Part shown: positions 26,878-39,600 of the stretch, piece by piece
Layout of the letters: each line of letters begins with the position of its first letter
Position numbering within the stretch: position 1 is the first letter of the stretch
Source of the DNA: Raillietiella orientalis
Lineage: Eukaryota
NCBI GenBank assembly: GCA_036172245.1
Contig: JAYWIR010000013.1
Span: forward strand, 1,922,001 to 1,986,000
Length of the DNA: 64,000 nucleotides
Reading direction: 5' to 3'
Position numbers and translations under genes: made by a program
The notes under the pieces: generated by a model
Told to the model about the DNA's origin: nothing
Database searches by the model: none
The model's input: the letters and a program-made list of their open reading frames with translations, nothing else

Positions 26878-27844
26878 CTGTTCGCAACCGAGAAATGAAA
26901 TTTCCTTTTTCGAAGACGTTCACATCTCTGGAAGCTGCGCGTCTGGGTGAAAAGTGTCTCACGTCCGTCATTGATCCGCCATCAAGATGATTCGGCATTG
27001 CTGTGGTTACCCTGCACACGAGCTCGGTGCATCGTCATCCCGCGGGCTCCTCTGTGTGCCGGCAATGCTGAATTGAAACAACGAAACGCGAGCGTCCGTC
27101 TCTTGGTGCTGCTGATGCAAATGAGCCGTTTCCAGGGGGCTGTCTGTCCGACCGAACCAGCGCTGGACACCCCACCGACCACCCCAAGCGCCGCGTAGGA
27201 ACCACCGCAAGGTTGCCCGCAAAGCAGCTTTGGGAAGAACACACGTTGGACTCGCTACCTGCACACACCCAAGGGAGGGCTTCGCCCTTCTTCCCATTGA
27301 TTTTCAGGCCGCGATATTCACGCGCGAAATACGCAACTCATTTCCACGGTGGGAGTACGCAAAGACGCGACCTAATCCGAGAGGAAGAAGTGGGGGTGGT
27401 GGCGCGACGGAAACCCATGAAAATGGGGTCCCAGCAGGCACGGGGGAGAGTTCGCTGCCCCGTGCCTGCTGCTGCCCATCCCATATTACACACACATGCA
27501 CACGCATGCATACACCTTTCGCCACGAATGTTTTCCGGGAAGCTTCCGTCTCCGAGGTGTCCTTTGCTGCTCTCAGCACATCCCGCATTCCACCGCGCAC
27601 CCCCGCATGCTCGAGGGACTCTTTCATTCGTCCCCACGTTCTCTCTCAGGTCACTACCTTGCTGGCTCCTTGACGGGAGGCTTGTATCCACTTTCCTTGG
27701 TTTTCACGTAATTTTGAAAGGCCTCGTACCTGCTCAAAAGATTGTAGATGGTTTCCTGGGGCATATTTTCACATGTTCAATTTACGTTCCGCCTCTCGAA
27801 CTGGCACGTACGAGCTGCAAATGACTCGCCCGTGTGAGTGCGTA

Positions 27845-27859
27845 TGTGTGTGTGTGAGT

Positions 27860-27892
<33 letters not shown>

Positions 27893-27899
27893 TGTGTGT
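27845..27899. repeat. Compound (TG)n(CG)7(TG)n microsatellite
   Basis: Directly visible alternating purine-pyrimidine tract. Confidence 0.95.
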
Positions 27900-29834
27900 T
27901 TTTTTTTTTTTTCTGTTTTCTTATTAAACAATGACGCGACGGTTTCTGCTTCGGAAGTTTTATCAATATGCCGCGCATCTGCCAAGATGGCAGGGATCGC
28001 ACCGATGATCATGAAACGGGATTTCTGCTGGACCCCATGGTTACAAGGGAGAGGAAAAAGAGTGGAGCGAAACGCCCGAGGGGTTTCCCGGCCTTGCACG
28101 GTTTCTGTTTTTTGCTTTTCTTTTTTGCGCGCGCGTGCTTGGATATTCGAAAAAACGAACGCCGTCCGCCCTCGCCAACACCGTGTGCACGCGCACGCGC
28201 AGACGCGTTCAAACAAAGTGTGTTTGTGGGACACACATGCGTGAAGCAATCCCATGAACTCGAGATGCTGGCGGTACCGTTCCCAATCGAAGCGAAACCT
28301 AGTGAGGCTTCCATAGGAGTTCAGGGATCCGAGCAGAGGAACAGCATCCCTGGGGCGAACTCGTCTGGATGATGCAGCACGCGCGAGGTTCATCCCATCT
28401 GGGATTCATGGGACTCCAGAGTTCTCGTTTTTTGATATACCGTACCTTGCCAGGAGTACATAAGGGACTGCGTGCGGGAACGGGCCATCTCCACTGTTTT
28501 CTTTCTTTTTTTTTTAAAAAAAAGAAAAAAAGAAGAAACAGAGAATCAGCTATCGACTGTGGAACAAACTGCACGCAGAATCATTAATACATCTCAAATC
28601 GTATAATAGGAAATCCTGTCCCGTGGCTACCTTGGAACTGCCCAGGCAACATCCTGCGCTGCTGGTGCTAGGAAAAGTCTCCTGCTGATGGCCCAGGGAA
28701 ACTGGAAAGACACAGGGAAATCGGAAACTTTATTGGAATATCATTGGTCATTATGGTGACAGGGACTCATTCGTCTTTGGCACTTGAGCTCAATGCAGTT
28801 TCGCCATCCATGATGTCCCATAGATGGATACCAAGAACGTAAGTTGCTCAAGATTAGCATTGGCGTGTTTGAGAGCTTGAGGATTTCTTTTCGTTCTTTG
28901 CCACGCTTTTGGCAGCATTTAGAGAGACGATCCCTGTCGCAATGGTTCCGCAATGTTTTTTGTTTTCTGATTGGAAAAATTTCGTTCGTTCATTTGTGAT
29001 GCTTCTTTGGTGTAAATGTGAATCGAAAGGTTTTACGATTATCCTTACGAGTTCAATCCATTTCGATCTCGTCTGACGAGAGTTTAGATCTCAGGGGAAA
29101 AGGAACGTCTTTCACAAATCTATGGCTTTCATCCCGAAATGTTCGTTTGATATTTTGACAGGAGACCAATGTGTTCCCTTACATTCTTCACTTTTATCTG
29201 TGATCAGCTCTGTACCCTCAACTTCAGAGAGAATGCTCTTGTGCAAAATGCATCTTTCGTACGACCGTTTAGGTTCCACGTGCATTTCCGTATGAAACGT
29301 ACGCAGGACCCAAAAGATGATGCACGCATCTTGGAAAAAAGGTAAAAATTCCTTCTGAAGACAGCGGGGGTCGGCATTTCCGAGTTGACACGCCGAGCCT
29401 AATGAACTGTCTGCACGTCTCGGAGGGTTAACATTATTTTGGCTTCATAAGGACTTTATCGGATGAACCTGCAATCCTTCAACCAATATGTGGAATATAT
29501 TGATTGGCACCTATCAACGTGTGCTGTGTTTGCAGAAAGAATTTTGTTGTATTTTAGTCTTGGCGCGGAGAAGAGGAGCGCCCATCTTTTTTACTGGAGT
29601 AAATACATCGAATTAGTGAAAAGAGCTTTCAACTTTGTGTCCATTTTATTTCGGCAGTTGGGTTTTGTGAATGCATTCTTTCCATTTACAAAAATAAAAT
29701 GAATCCGAGTGATCAAAAGAATATCAAAACATAGATCTATGGGTGATATGAGTATCTTTTTTTTTTTTTTTTTCCCCCTCTCGTGTAGACTTTTTTTTTC
29801 GTACACGGAATTTTCTTTGGTTTTATGTCAGTGC

Positions 29835-30652
29835 TCAGTTGTGGCAGTGTTTGGCGGACACTTCGATCTGTGGGCAGACATCGCTAATGCTCCGTACACT
29901 CCTCGGTCTCTCGAAAGGGAGTGAATTCGAATCTAGGTGGCTCGATTCACACACAGAGATGCGTCTGGAATTCCTCTGGAAATTCCACCTCAGAGTTCTC
30001 AAGACACCCGCTGGTTTCGCTTTGCTGGCTGCTGCTTTCCGGTCAGGAGGCTGCGAGGCGACATCTGACCGAGCCGTCGTCGCGTTCGGCTTCCGACTCT
30101 TTCCCGCAAGATCTTTAGGGGATGCAGCACACTTCCTGGAAGAAAAAAAAAAATTGGGGGGGCGGGTGGGAAGGGGAGGGAAAAAATTGATTGATTTTCT
30201 GATTAGGTTTGCGAATCGTAAATGAGGGACTCTTTTCTTTTCCAGAGTTGACAATGAAAATAAATACCGGGAGGTCGTAATGACCTGCGGATATCACTCG
30301 CAGAAGTGTACCCCACGTGACCGCCTTCCCACACAGTGACAAGCACTTGAATTCAACCATGTCGTAATAAAAAACTGCAGATTATGTATAAATCATCATT
30401 GGCTTTACGCTTGATTTAAAGGAAATGCGAGAAAGAAAGAAAGAACCTCATCAAGCTTTTCGTCGGCGGATCGTACGAAATGACCCGATGTATCTTTTAA
30501 GCACACCTTCTGAGTGCCACTTCGAATGATCTCCTTTGATATGTATTTTCCTTTGGTAGGCGGAATCTGAGCGAAAGCCAGCTTCAGGTTCAGCTCGAAA
30601 CCTCCCTTGGTACGTTTCTTTTCGAGCCTACTGGTGCTGTTTCTTGCTGTTT
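29835..30652 (-). CDS. Candidate exons of an uncharacterised gene
   Basis: AG/GT-bounded open segments (ETARNSTSRLEKKRTKGGFELNLKLAFAQIPP, FYYDMVEFKCLSLCGKAVTWGTLLRVISA, DLAGKSRKPNATT) can be joined in phase. No recognisable homology. Confidence 0.3.
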
Positions 30653-33630
30653 CTGCGGGCAAGAGAGAGAAAAAAAAAAAGAAGCCGCTCTTTCGATTTT
30701 TCGGCAGGTACAACATGTTCGCTAACCCTGCGCCTAAGCTGTCCTCCTCCTGACGATGACTAATGGGAGCGGGTTTAACCGCTATCAATAAAATCACTAG
30801 TTCATATCAATTATTGGTGAAACAGCAAGACGGGAAGAATTTTGCAGCTTGCAATATCTGTGTAGGCATTCAATCGCGAGCTGCCAAAACTATTCTCCGG
30901 GAAAACACGCCTGTCAGAAGAGCATTCGGCAAGTCCGTGGCAGATGCTTGGGAAGCTTTCAGCGCTGACTGAAATGTTTTCTTAAGATGAAATGCTTTCC
31001 GGAGTAGCAAACTATAGGACTACGTTTCCTACAGAAATGATGTACCAAGGAAAATGTTTGCGCACCTCTTCCAGCTTTTTGGCACTTTTCCTAAACCTGA
31101 CTCATCTTCAGAAATATTATAGGCTGCTGTTGAGAGCCAACTTGACGGAGCGCCTTCGGCTGAGTTTCGCGAACGATCCGATTGGAGGCGAACTTAACTG
31201 CTGCGTCTCCTGGAAACCGGCGACTCGTGCTCCCACAGCACCTACGAGGAACTGGGGACAGGCGTGAGGAACAAACACGCCTCCGGATACAGGGTTTCCC
31301 TTCCATTTGCCCATTCTTCGCGAGGGTAGCTCCAAGCCCACTTCCTACCCTGAAGCATGTTCTTTCCGCTCTCTCTGAGACCGGTTTGCCTACACAGGCT
31401 CAGCCTGAACAGGATCAGTATGCAGTCCCTAACCAAAAAAGCATCTTTTTTCCTGATCTGCCCCTGGTCAGCAGGAATTCCACACTGCTTGGAGAGGAAA
31501 GACGTGCAGAGCAACGAGCTCTTCAGCCCCTCGTGAGGGGCGCAAGCAGAGGACGAGCGGGGAAAATGGGTTCCTCCCGGTCCTTTCCGACCACCACGGA
31601 CGGTTCGCTTCGATGCGGAGGAGGCATGAGATGCATGCTGCCATTTCCGGTCACCTTCTGAGGGTGCACCACAGCGGTGTGCACCACCTCCGCTCTTCGG
31701 AGGCGCCTTGTCTGCAGCCCGCTCCGAGACCACGAAGCGAAAAGAGGAGGTTGCGATCTGCTGATACAGAGGAGTTTTTGCGTCACCACCCGCTGGCGGA
31801 AAGATCCTCGGGAGAGCCTTACTAATGAATCGGCCCTGCATTGCGTCCGTAATTTCCCGATCTTCATCGTCTCGGACCCATTTCCCAGGCGGCTTCCAAG
31901 TGGTCCAGAGAGGTCGCTGGGGAGACGGGAGGCGGATCACATTCTTGCTCATGGATGCCTTTGTCAGGCACGAGGATTTCCTCTTGGCCACCTGACGCAG
32001 AGCTCCCAACGGAATTCAGGGATCCTCCTGCTTGTTCTCCCTGGTATTTATTCGATCGTAATGTCAACAAATCGGTTATTCCTAGTCACTTCTGCTCAGA
32101 CTAAAAGTTTCAGCAGGAGGGCGCAGCGCCCCGCTAAACTCCTCTTCTGACCCGCACGTATCCGCACCGTCTGCGCTCTCCACTTAAAGGAACCTCACTA
32201 GAAAAAATATGAGCAGCAGAAAGCTGCCTCTCTGCTATAGGGGAACTCCCCCTTTTCTTACTCTCTCTCGGCAACACTGACCCGAATGGTGCTGTGGGAT
32301 CATTCACCCACTTCCAGAAGGTAGCGATACCAGGAAACTTGCCACTTCCTCATCTTGGGGAGGATGTCAGCCCCCCTGCCGCCTGCGGGCACATCTCCAT
32401 CCTCTCTTTTTCTCCGCCATCGTCTCCGATGCATCCCACAGTGTCGACCGAGAAAGAGTTGCTGTGGAAATCCCGTCGCCGCAGACCCCGTACGCGGTGC
32501 AACATGCCAACCCCGCATGCTGTACACCGCGTACCAGAGAGGAAGGGACGGATCCGCGGTCCTCCTGCTCTGAGGGTCAGCTGACCATCTGCAGCTGCGG
32601 ATGTCTCGCCGCTTTCGATGCTCTGCTGCACTTCCTCCTCACATCCTCTGCTGCTCTCGACAGGACTGCCAGCTCGTTTCTTGATTCCAACAGTCCGGAT
32701 TTGGGTTTGGGGAAAACCTCAGGGCTGGCTTTGCAGGCTCTCCGGCTTCCGTGGACTGTGACGCATCACCCGTGTGTCCGCGTTGCAGACTGGATCCCGA
32801 GGAGGATGGGTAGAGCATCCCGGGTCAGGGGCTGCCTCCTTTCCGTAATCGAAATTGGCTGGTCGCAGGCAAGAAACGGAGCATTTTACCCATGGACTCG
32901 GTTTCCCTCGCATCTGGCTCAAGACGCGTTCTCCGAAGAGACTCCAAGGACTGTTCCACTCCCCTCCCTCCCTCCCTGTCTCCCATTTTATGTGTGCGCG
33001 CCCGTCGACTCTGCGTGCGAAGGAAACGGAAGCAGGAAGACGTAAATGCGGAACAGTGGCGGCGAAATCCGGGAGATCCCCGTGACTGCCTGTCGGGACA
33101 CACCTCCGTCCTCAGCACCAGTGGGATAAGGAAGAGTCGTCCTCGAGCCACCCCTTCCTCTACCCTGTCACCCTGCCCCTAGGAGCAGCACGTGCTGCAG
33201 CAGCGCCATCGCAGCCACGAAGCCCCTGCCGTGAGATCGCCTGCCGGTGTCTTGCACTGAAGCAACGAGACGATGAAAACAAGTCAGGGGTACCACATCC
33301 AGCCAGTCAAAATTGTCCTTTGGCTTTCCTCCTTTCCCGCACGTCCTGACGCAATGGACGAGCTAGCAGTCGGAAGGAGACCGGGCCTCCTTGTGACGCG
33401 CTTACTCTCCCTCTTCTGGCCGCTCTTTCTTCGCGTGGCCGCCTCGTCCTGTTGTTGGAAGTGGCGCTCACAGGTCGCGCATGCCTCCACCGAGAGCGAT
33501 TTCTGACCTCCCCGGAAAACGCGCCGCCGTCGCCGCTCCGCTCTCCGTAGTCATCCAACGACCCAATCCAGTCATCCGAAACGGCGTCTCCACTGGCGAT
33601 GGTGGCCGCGGGAGAAGGTTCATCCCACTC

Positions 33631-36600
33631 TCAGGGTTCATGCTCACCCCTCATTCCTCCCTTCTCTTCATTTCCCCTTTCCTCACTACCTCCCCTGAGC
33701 GCCCGACCCCAGGATCGGGAACCGGGTTGCCTATGAAAAGGTTCGGGAAAACGGTTGGACGGCGACGCGCTCACGAAGATCCGGTTGGCAAGGGATGAGG
33801 GGGGTACCAAGGGGAAGGGAAGCAGCGGACGTGCTATCGAACCCCCTTCCCCCCTCTCCTGGTACGCGTTTCTCCAAGGGGGGTCGCGCTCGCACCTGTG
33901 CAAGAATCCAAGGACGATTGCCACGAGGAGTGTTGAAAGCAGTACCACGAGGGACAGCACCAGCTGGTTGCTGAGGCTGCTGGAGAAGAAGCACGGCGGT
34001 GACTTCCCGACGCTAGGCCCCCCGCCTCCACTCTCCAGCTCTTCCCTGGAAAGGTACACCTGCGAGCGAACACAGGCGCTGCTGTTGCCCGCCGCCCTCT
34101 GTGGCCGCTCTCCCTTGGCGGCGGCGGCATCGCCCACGCACCCTCAGCATCTCACGGATCTCCTTGATTTGGCCTTCTGTGAGGGCTGCCGCTTCGGTGG
34201 AGCGCGCGATCTCCCGTTTCCCCGGACGACGGGCGGAGTTCGCAGCAGGTTCCTTCCTCTTCCTCCTCCTCCGCCTGCCCAGGGAAGGGATGTCCCTGCC
34301 GGAGATGTCGTTGCAGTACACCTGGAAGGCAGAGACCCCTGTAAGCTCCGGTCCCTCCTTCGACTCCGCGGTCCCTCACCGGCTGGCAGCCGCCACGGCA
34401 GACTTTGACGGAGGCCTCGAAGACGAGGAAGTTGGCTTCCGGGATCTTGAAGGCGTTAAATCTGGCCTCGAGGCCATCTCCATCCCGAGCCCTCCCCAAG
34501 GACGGAAACACGTAGGGGTCGACGGGGCACCTGGGTGGAGAGGAGCAGGGCGAGGCTCGGAGCGCAGGCCCGCGCCGCCCGACGCTCACCCGTTGCGGTC
34601 GATCAGCTGGACGCTCCTGCCAGAATAGGGGTCGCGGGCGACGACGTTGGACGCGAAGATGTCCGCCGGCAGCTGCTTCTGGACGCTCCTCGCGGGCTCC
34701 AGGCGGAAGGTAAGCGGGTCGCCAACGGCGATGGTCGTCGTGGGTCGGTTCTGGTACATAATCACCATCCGCACCTGGTTGTCGAGCACGTTTTCGGCAG
34801 GCAGGTACTCGATGGGGATGGGGCTGCCCGACCTACGGGGAAGGGGGGGAGGGACAGCGGGTAAGCGCGCGCGCGGGTTCCGGGCCACCTACCCGGCGCC
34901 GATGTAGCCGGACGTGACGACCGACTCCTCTGGCCCCAGGAAGAAACACGTCAGGTTGTACCTCTTGTCCATCATGGTCTGCACGTGCTCGCTGAACTGG
35001 ACCACGACGATGTTGCTCATGACGTCGCCGTGCTGGAGGAGGGGAGGAGGGGCTGCGCACGCGGGCGTGGAGGCTCACCCTCTGCGTACCGCAGTCCGGG
35101 TACCCCTTCGGGCCGCTGATCCTGAGCACCGCCACGGAGGAGGCGTCCCCCTTGACGAAGCAGCGGTCGTAGTAGCCGTACACGTACACCCGCCCTCGGA
35201 AGGGGGACGGGGTGTGCAGGGTGAACTCCATGCCGTCCTCATTGCAGGTCTGCCGCACTGGCGAAGGGAAGACAGGAATACAGAGAGAGGGTGGGGGCGG
35301 AGGAAGGAAGGCACACCCTCGCCGTCGAATGAGGATGACCGGCGCGTGAAGAAGAAGAAGAAAAAAAAATCTGCGCGGACCAGTCGCAGAGGTGGGGGAG
35401 GGGAACGGAAATGAAATTGGGACGCGCGCGTCCTCGTCTTCTTGGCTCTCTGGACCCCGGTATCCCGGACTCAAAGCTGGCGGGCCTCTCAGGCCGCCAG
35501 CCGGACTCGGGCCGTGAGATCACCAGCGTGTGCCCCCCAGTTCCACACGCGTGGAATGACATACGAATGCGTCTTTGGGGTCAGTCGACCAGAGAGAGGG
35601 CTGCGATTCGGGCGCGCACCGGAATCCCCTGTCCCCTGCATGGCGCGGTCGAGGATTTGCCCGCCAGGGCTGGACGCTGCCGCCACTTTCTCAAAGGGAC
35701 GAAGGTCTCCTTTTCTCCTGTTTGGATGCGCCGGGGAAGCTGTTTGCCTTCATTTGGGACTTTTTCCTGCTGGTTTTCACCTCGCTCTCCGCAGCTTTGC
35801 AACCTTTGGGAACGATGAACTTGCGTCTTAACAAGACGCTTTTTTTTTCTTTTTTTTCTTCCATTTCATTTTTGTTGTGTCGCTTCCTCGGCCAAGCGAG
35901 GGGAAAACCCGTTAAAATTTCGAATATTCGCCCATTCCTGTTGAGCCCGAACCACCTGCATGTTTTTTTTTTACGTACAATTTGTACGAATCCGAGTTGA
36001 TGGACTGTTTCAGGCGGCGAATCCTTAGCACCGACCGCGTCCTGAGTGTGTTTACATTACATAACGAATGGTAGCCCACAGATGGCATCATTAATGGAAC
36101 TGCGCTGTGTGTTTATGTAATTCCATACATTCAAGTTAAATACCGCATAGTCAGCGAATGCAAACTTATTTTAGATGAAAATGCACATTGTGTACGCAAA
36201 TTGCACGCAATGGGCAAAAAATGCTACATGCGCAAATTAAGAATTGGACTGAATGCACAAAATAACACTAACACTGATTTGCATCTATGTAACATTCGAT
36301 TTGTGCATTGGACATTGGGATTTAATGCTACTGGAAGTATTCATTGTTATTTACCATGCATAGCAATATATGCAGTTCATTTCTGAACATTTAATTAACC
36401 ACTTTTCATCCACATAAGCCGATGCACCGCGGCAGGCGTAAAGACATTCGATTGAATAATGAGCAGGCAATTCAGTGCATCCACATCACATTTATGACAA
36501 TCTCTCTGAGAGAGATTCAAGGTGTGCTTCCATTTATACCACATGTTAATACTATAATGTGATTAAGGGTCCATAAAAAAAAAAAAAGTCGTTTATGGAA

Positions 36601-39600
36601 GTAATTGGAAACTGAGCGAAGAGGGAGAAGGCGGTTGGTTTCGGTTTCTGTTCTTTGCCGCTTGGCCGCGCGCGCGCCGCTGCCGTTTCGCGTCCCACGC
36701 TCGCTCCGTGTCGCTACCGCCCGCGTCCTTTCGCTTTGCGTGCGTCCCGCCGTTCCTTGTCACGCAAGCCCGCGGTTCGCAGCGCTCCTCTGCCTCCCCC
36801 GCGAGCTGCCGTTCCTCTTGGCAACCGACGGGCGGAAGTCGACACTGCTCCACGCGGATCGCCATTGCAAACGGCAAGTCTCCTCCCTTTCTCGCCTCCC
36901 CGGAGCGCCCACCTGGTTCCTGCCGACTCCGGAGCCACACATCCACACATCCTGATTGCAGGGCTCAGGAATCGCTCTGTGGTCACTAAGGGGCGACGAT
37001 CGTTCGCGCTTGTGCATTCTCAAGCTGCGGTCAGTTCTCTGCCATGGTACCCCCTGCCCTGGTAGCAAAAGCGCTTCGCGATGGAGCGAGGGAACCATCG
37101 AAGAGAGGAAGAAAAGATTCGTGGGGCTGCTGCGGTCTTCCGACTTCTGTCCACCCTTGAGATACTCCCTCTGTTCTTCCCATCTTCTCAGCCCGCCCAC
37201 CCTGGAATGAGAGGCGAGTTGATGCTGCGGGAATGGCGGTGGTTCTTCCGGAAAGCGGGAAGGTGGGAGCTGCACCTTTTAAACTGCCTGCCTGGCCGGC
37301 GCAGCTGCGGTTCCCGATTTCGGGCTGCGATCTTGCCTCCGCCACTACCGCCAATGCACTTCGTGGAGACCAGAGGGGATAGTGTCCTCCATTTTTTTGC
37401 TACCACCCGGAAAAACCTGCGTCCACGTATGGGCGACCGTAAGTATGCAACCTTTCTAGAGTCCGGCTTGTCCCGAGTTCCTGTGACGGAGTTTCCACGA
37501 CCACCGGAGAGAAAAGCGAAAAAGTGGAAGGGAATAGAGAAGCAGGAGAGGAAGAGGGGAGGGTGCTAGGCGTTCGCGGAGAACCTTTTCACTTCGGCTC
37601 CGCGAAGAGACGAAACTACTCCTTGCCGGAAGAGAACGAAGACATGTGAGTCGAATCTTCGAGAGGGTCTTCGAGACCGTTTCAAGGACAAGCATCCTTG
37701 AAATAAGTGAGCTCGAGACCGGAGGACCGAGGAAGGGTTCTTTTCCAGAGTCCCAGCGCAAGATGAACCAAAGAGAGCGTTGAGTTCTTCAGGGAAGAAA
37801 ACCCTTCGTGAGTTTCGCCGGGCTCCTCTTTGGCGTTGTATGCTGTCGAGAATTTGGCAATACGCCTCGTGGGCAGCTTCTTTTTCCGCCTGCGGGAATG
37901 ATCGCGAAACTTTCATCCGGGTTTTCAGGGATTCCAGAGTCTGAGCCGCGGTGGCTGCTCATGAGCTCTTCGCTCTCACCGCATAGCACGCCCAGAGGCA
38001 AAACCATGGAAACGCGCATGCGTAGCTCTAAAACGCACCAAGTCGATCGTGTATCGCCGAAACACCGATTCCGAATTCTTCTTTACACATTCAAGCAGCC
38101 AGCGCCCACTATCCTCCCCGTTGGGGTAGTTGTGCGTATAAAGGCGACTCTTTAGAGGATGGAGGAATGCATGGGTCTGCAACTGGCTCGCGTCTGCCAG
38201 AAGGCGTCCTCTCCCGTTGGGTGGAACCTCATCTGCTGCGATCTTTCCACATAGAACCGGACTCTCAAAAGAAACGCCTCAAGACTGGGCGTCAGCGATG
38301 AGGCCGTGTTAACTGGATGTCTGAGGGTACCTCGCCAAAAGAAACGCAGCGGATTTCTGGAAAACCAGAAAGCGGAACCCCAACGAAACCGCTCCCATCT
38401 TTCCAACTGCCATCTTTGTAGAGCAGCGTCGGACTGTGTCCGGCGCGTTGGCGAAGAGGCAGCACACCGCCGGGGTCCTCTCCCGCGGGAACGGGGGCCG
38501 CTTCGCCAGCGCAGCCGGCCCGACCACGGGCGCGAGCGAGCGGAAGAAGCAAAGGACGGTTTGTCATAACAGAAGAAGCGGCGATGCTGACTTCCAAACC
38601 CTGCGCTCGTCAAACCGACCACCTCCACGTTCCTCCGTACAGTACACGTTCGCGCCGATTCATGTTCAAAGCGGCACCGCGCGCGTTCACGGCAGACGGT
38701 GGTGCCTCGGCTCCATACCGGGAACGGGGAGAAAAAAGAAAGAAGGAAAACGCGATCGAATCGAAACGCGGCCTTCTGTACAGGCGAGCTAGTCGCGCGC
38801 ATCCACGCATCCCGTACGATACCCGTCGTACACTGGCAGCCAACGGAACGCGCGTGTACGACGGGGCCTCCGTTTCGGTCTTCACGGAGGATTCCTTCCT
38901 TCCTCCGATTGCCTCCATCGCCCCACGACGAGGACCTTCGAAGCATCGGTGCGCACGGGACGGCAACGAGCGCTCCCCGTCTCCCGCGGGGAGTGCATCG
39001 TCTGGAAGGATTCGCACGGGACACGTGCAAACGGGACACCACGTTCTGAGGACGCGCCGTGGTTCGAAGTGTTTGCCTGGACTCTCCTCGAAACGCTCGG
39101 CGGGAGACTGTCGGAGAGGGGAAAGCATCCTTTGCCCCACCGCCCTGCAGAAGCTCCTCGAAGGAAACTCGCGAGAAGAGGGACTTCAGCTTATAATTAA
39201 CTTTCGTTAATGTTGGTTGATGAGAGTGACGTCAGGGACGCTCTCCGCAAGTGCCCTCCTCGTCGATTCTTACGAGCTGCGGCCCGTTGCGACAAACGAG
39301 TTGCCCTCCACCCCTGCTTCCGCACAGCAGAAGAATAAGCTGTTTGGACGGAAACCCGCCGAAGACGCCAGCGGAACGCAAGAGGGCCGACTCGGATCAA
39401 CGAGCATCTGAATAATTGGGAAGCGCAGAGCTTCAGAGCGCAGTCTCCCTTCGCTCGCGTTTCATGCTTTACTCCTCCCGAAACATGAAAGCCGAACAAG
39501 CTTATCGGCGATTTTTTTGTCACTCGAAACCAAAAAGGGCGCTTCCGGGCACAGCCAGAGGCGTGAATCCCTGGAAACGATGCTGACTAACGCCTCTGGA

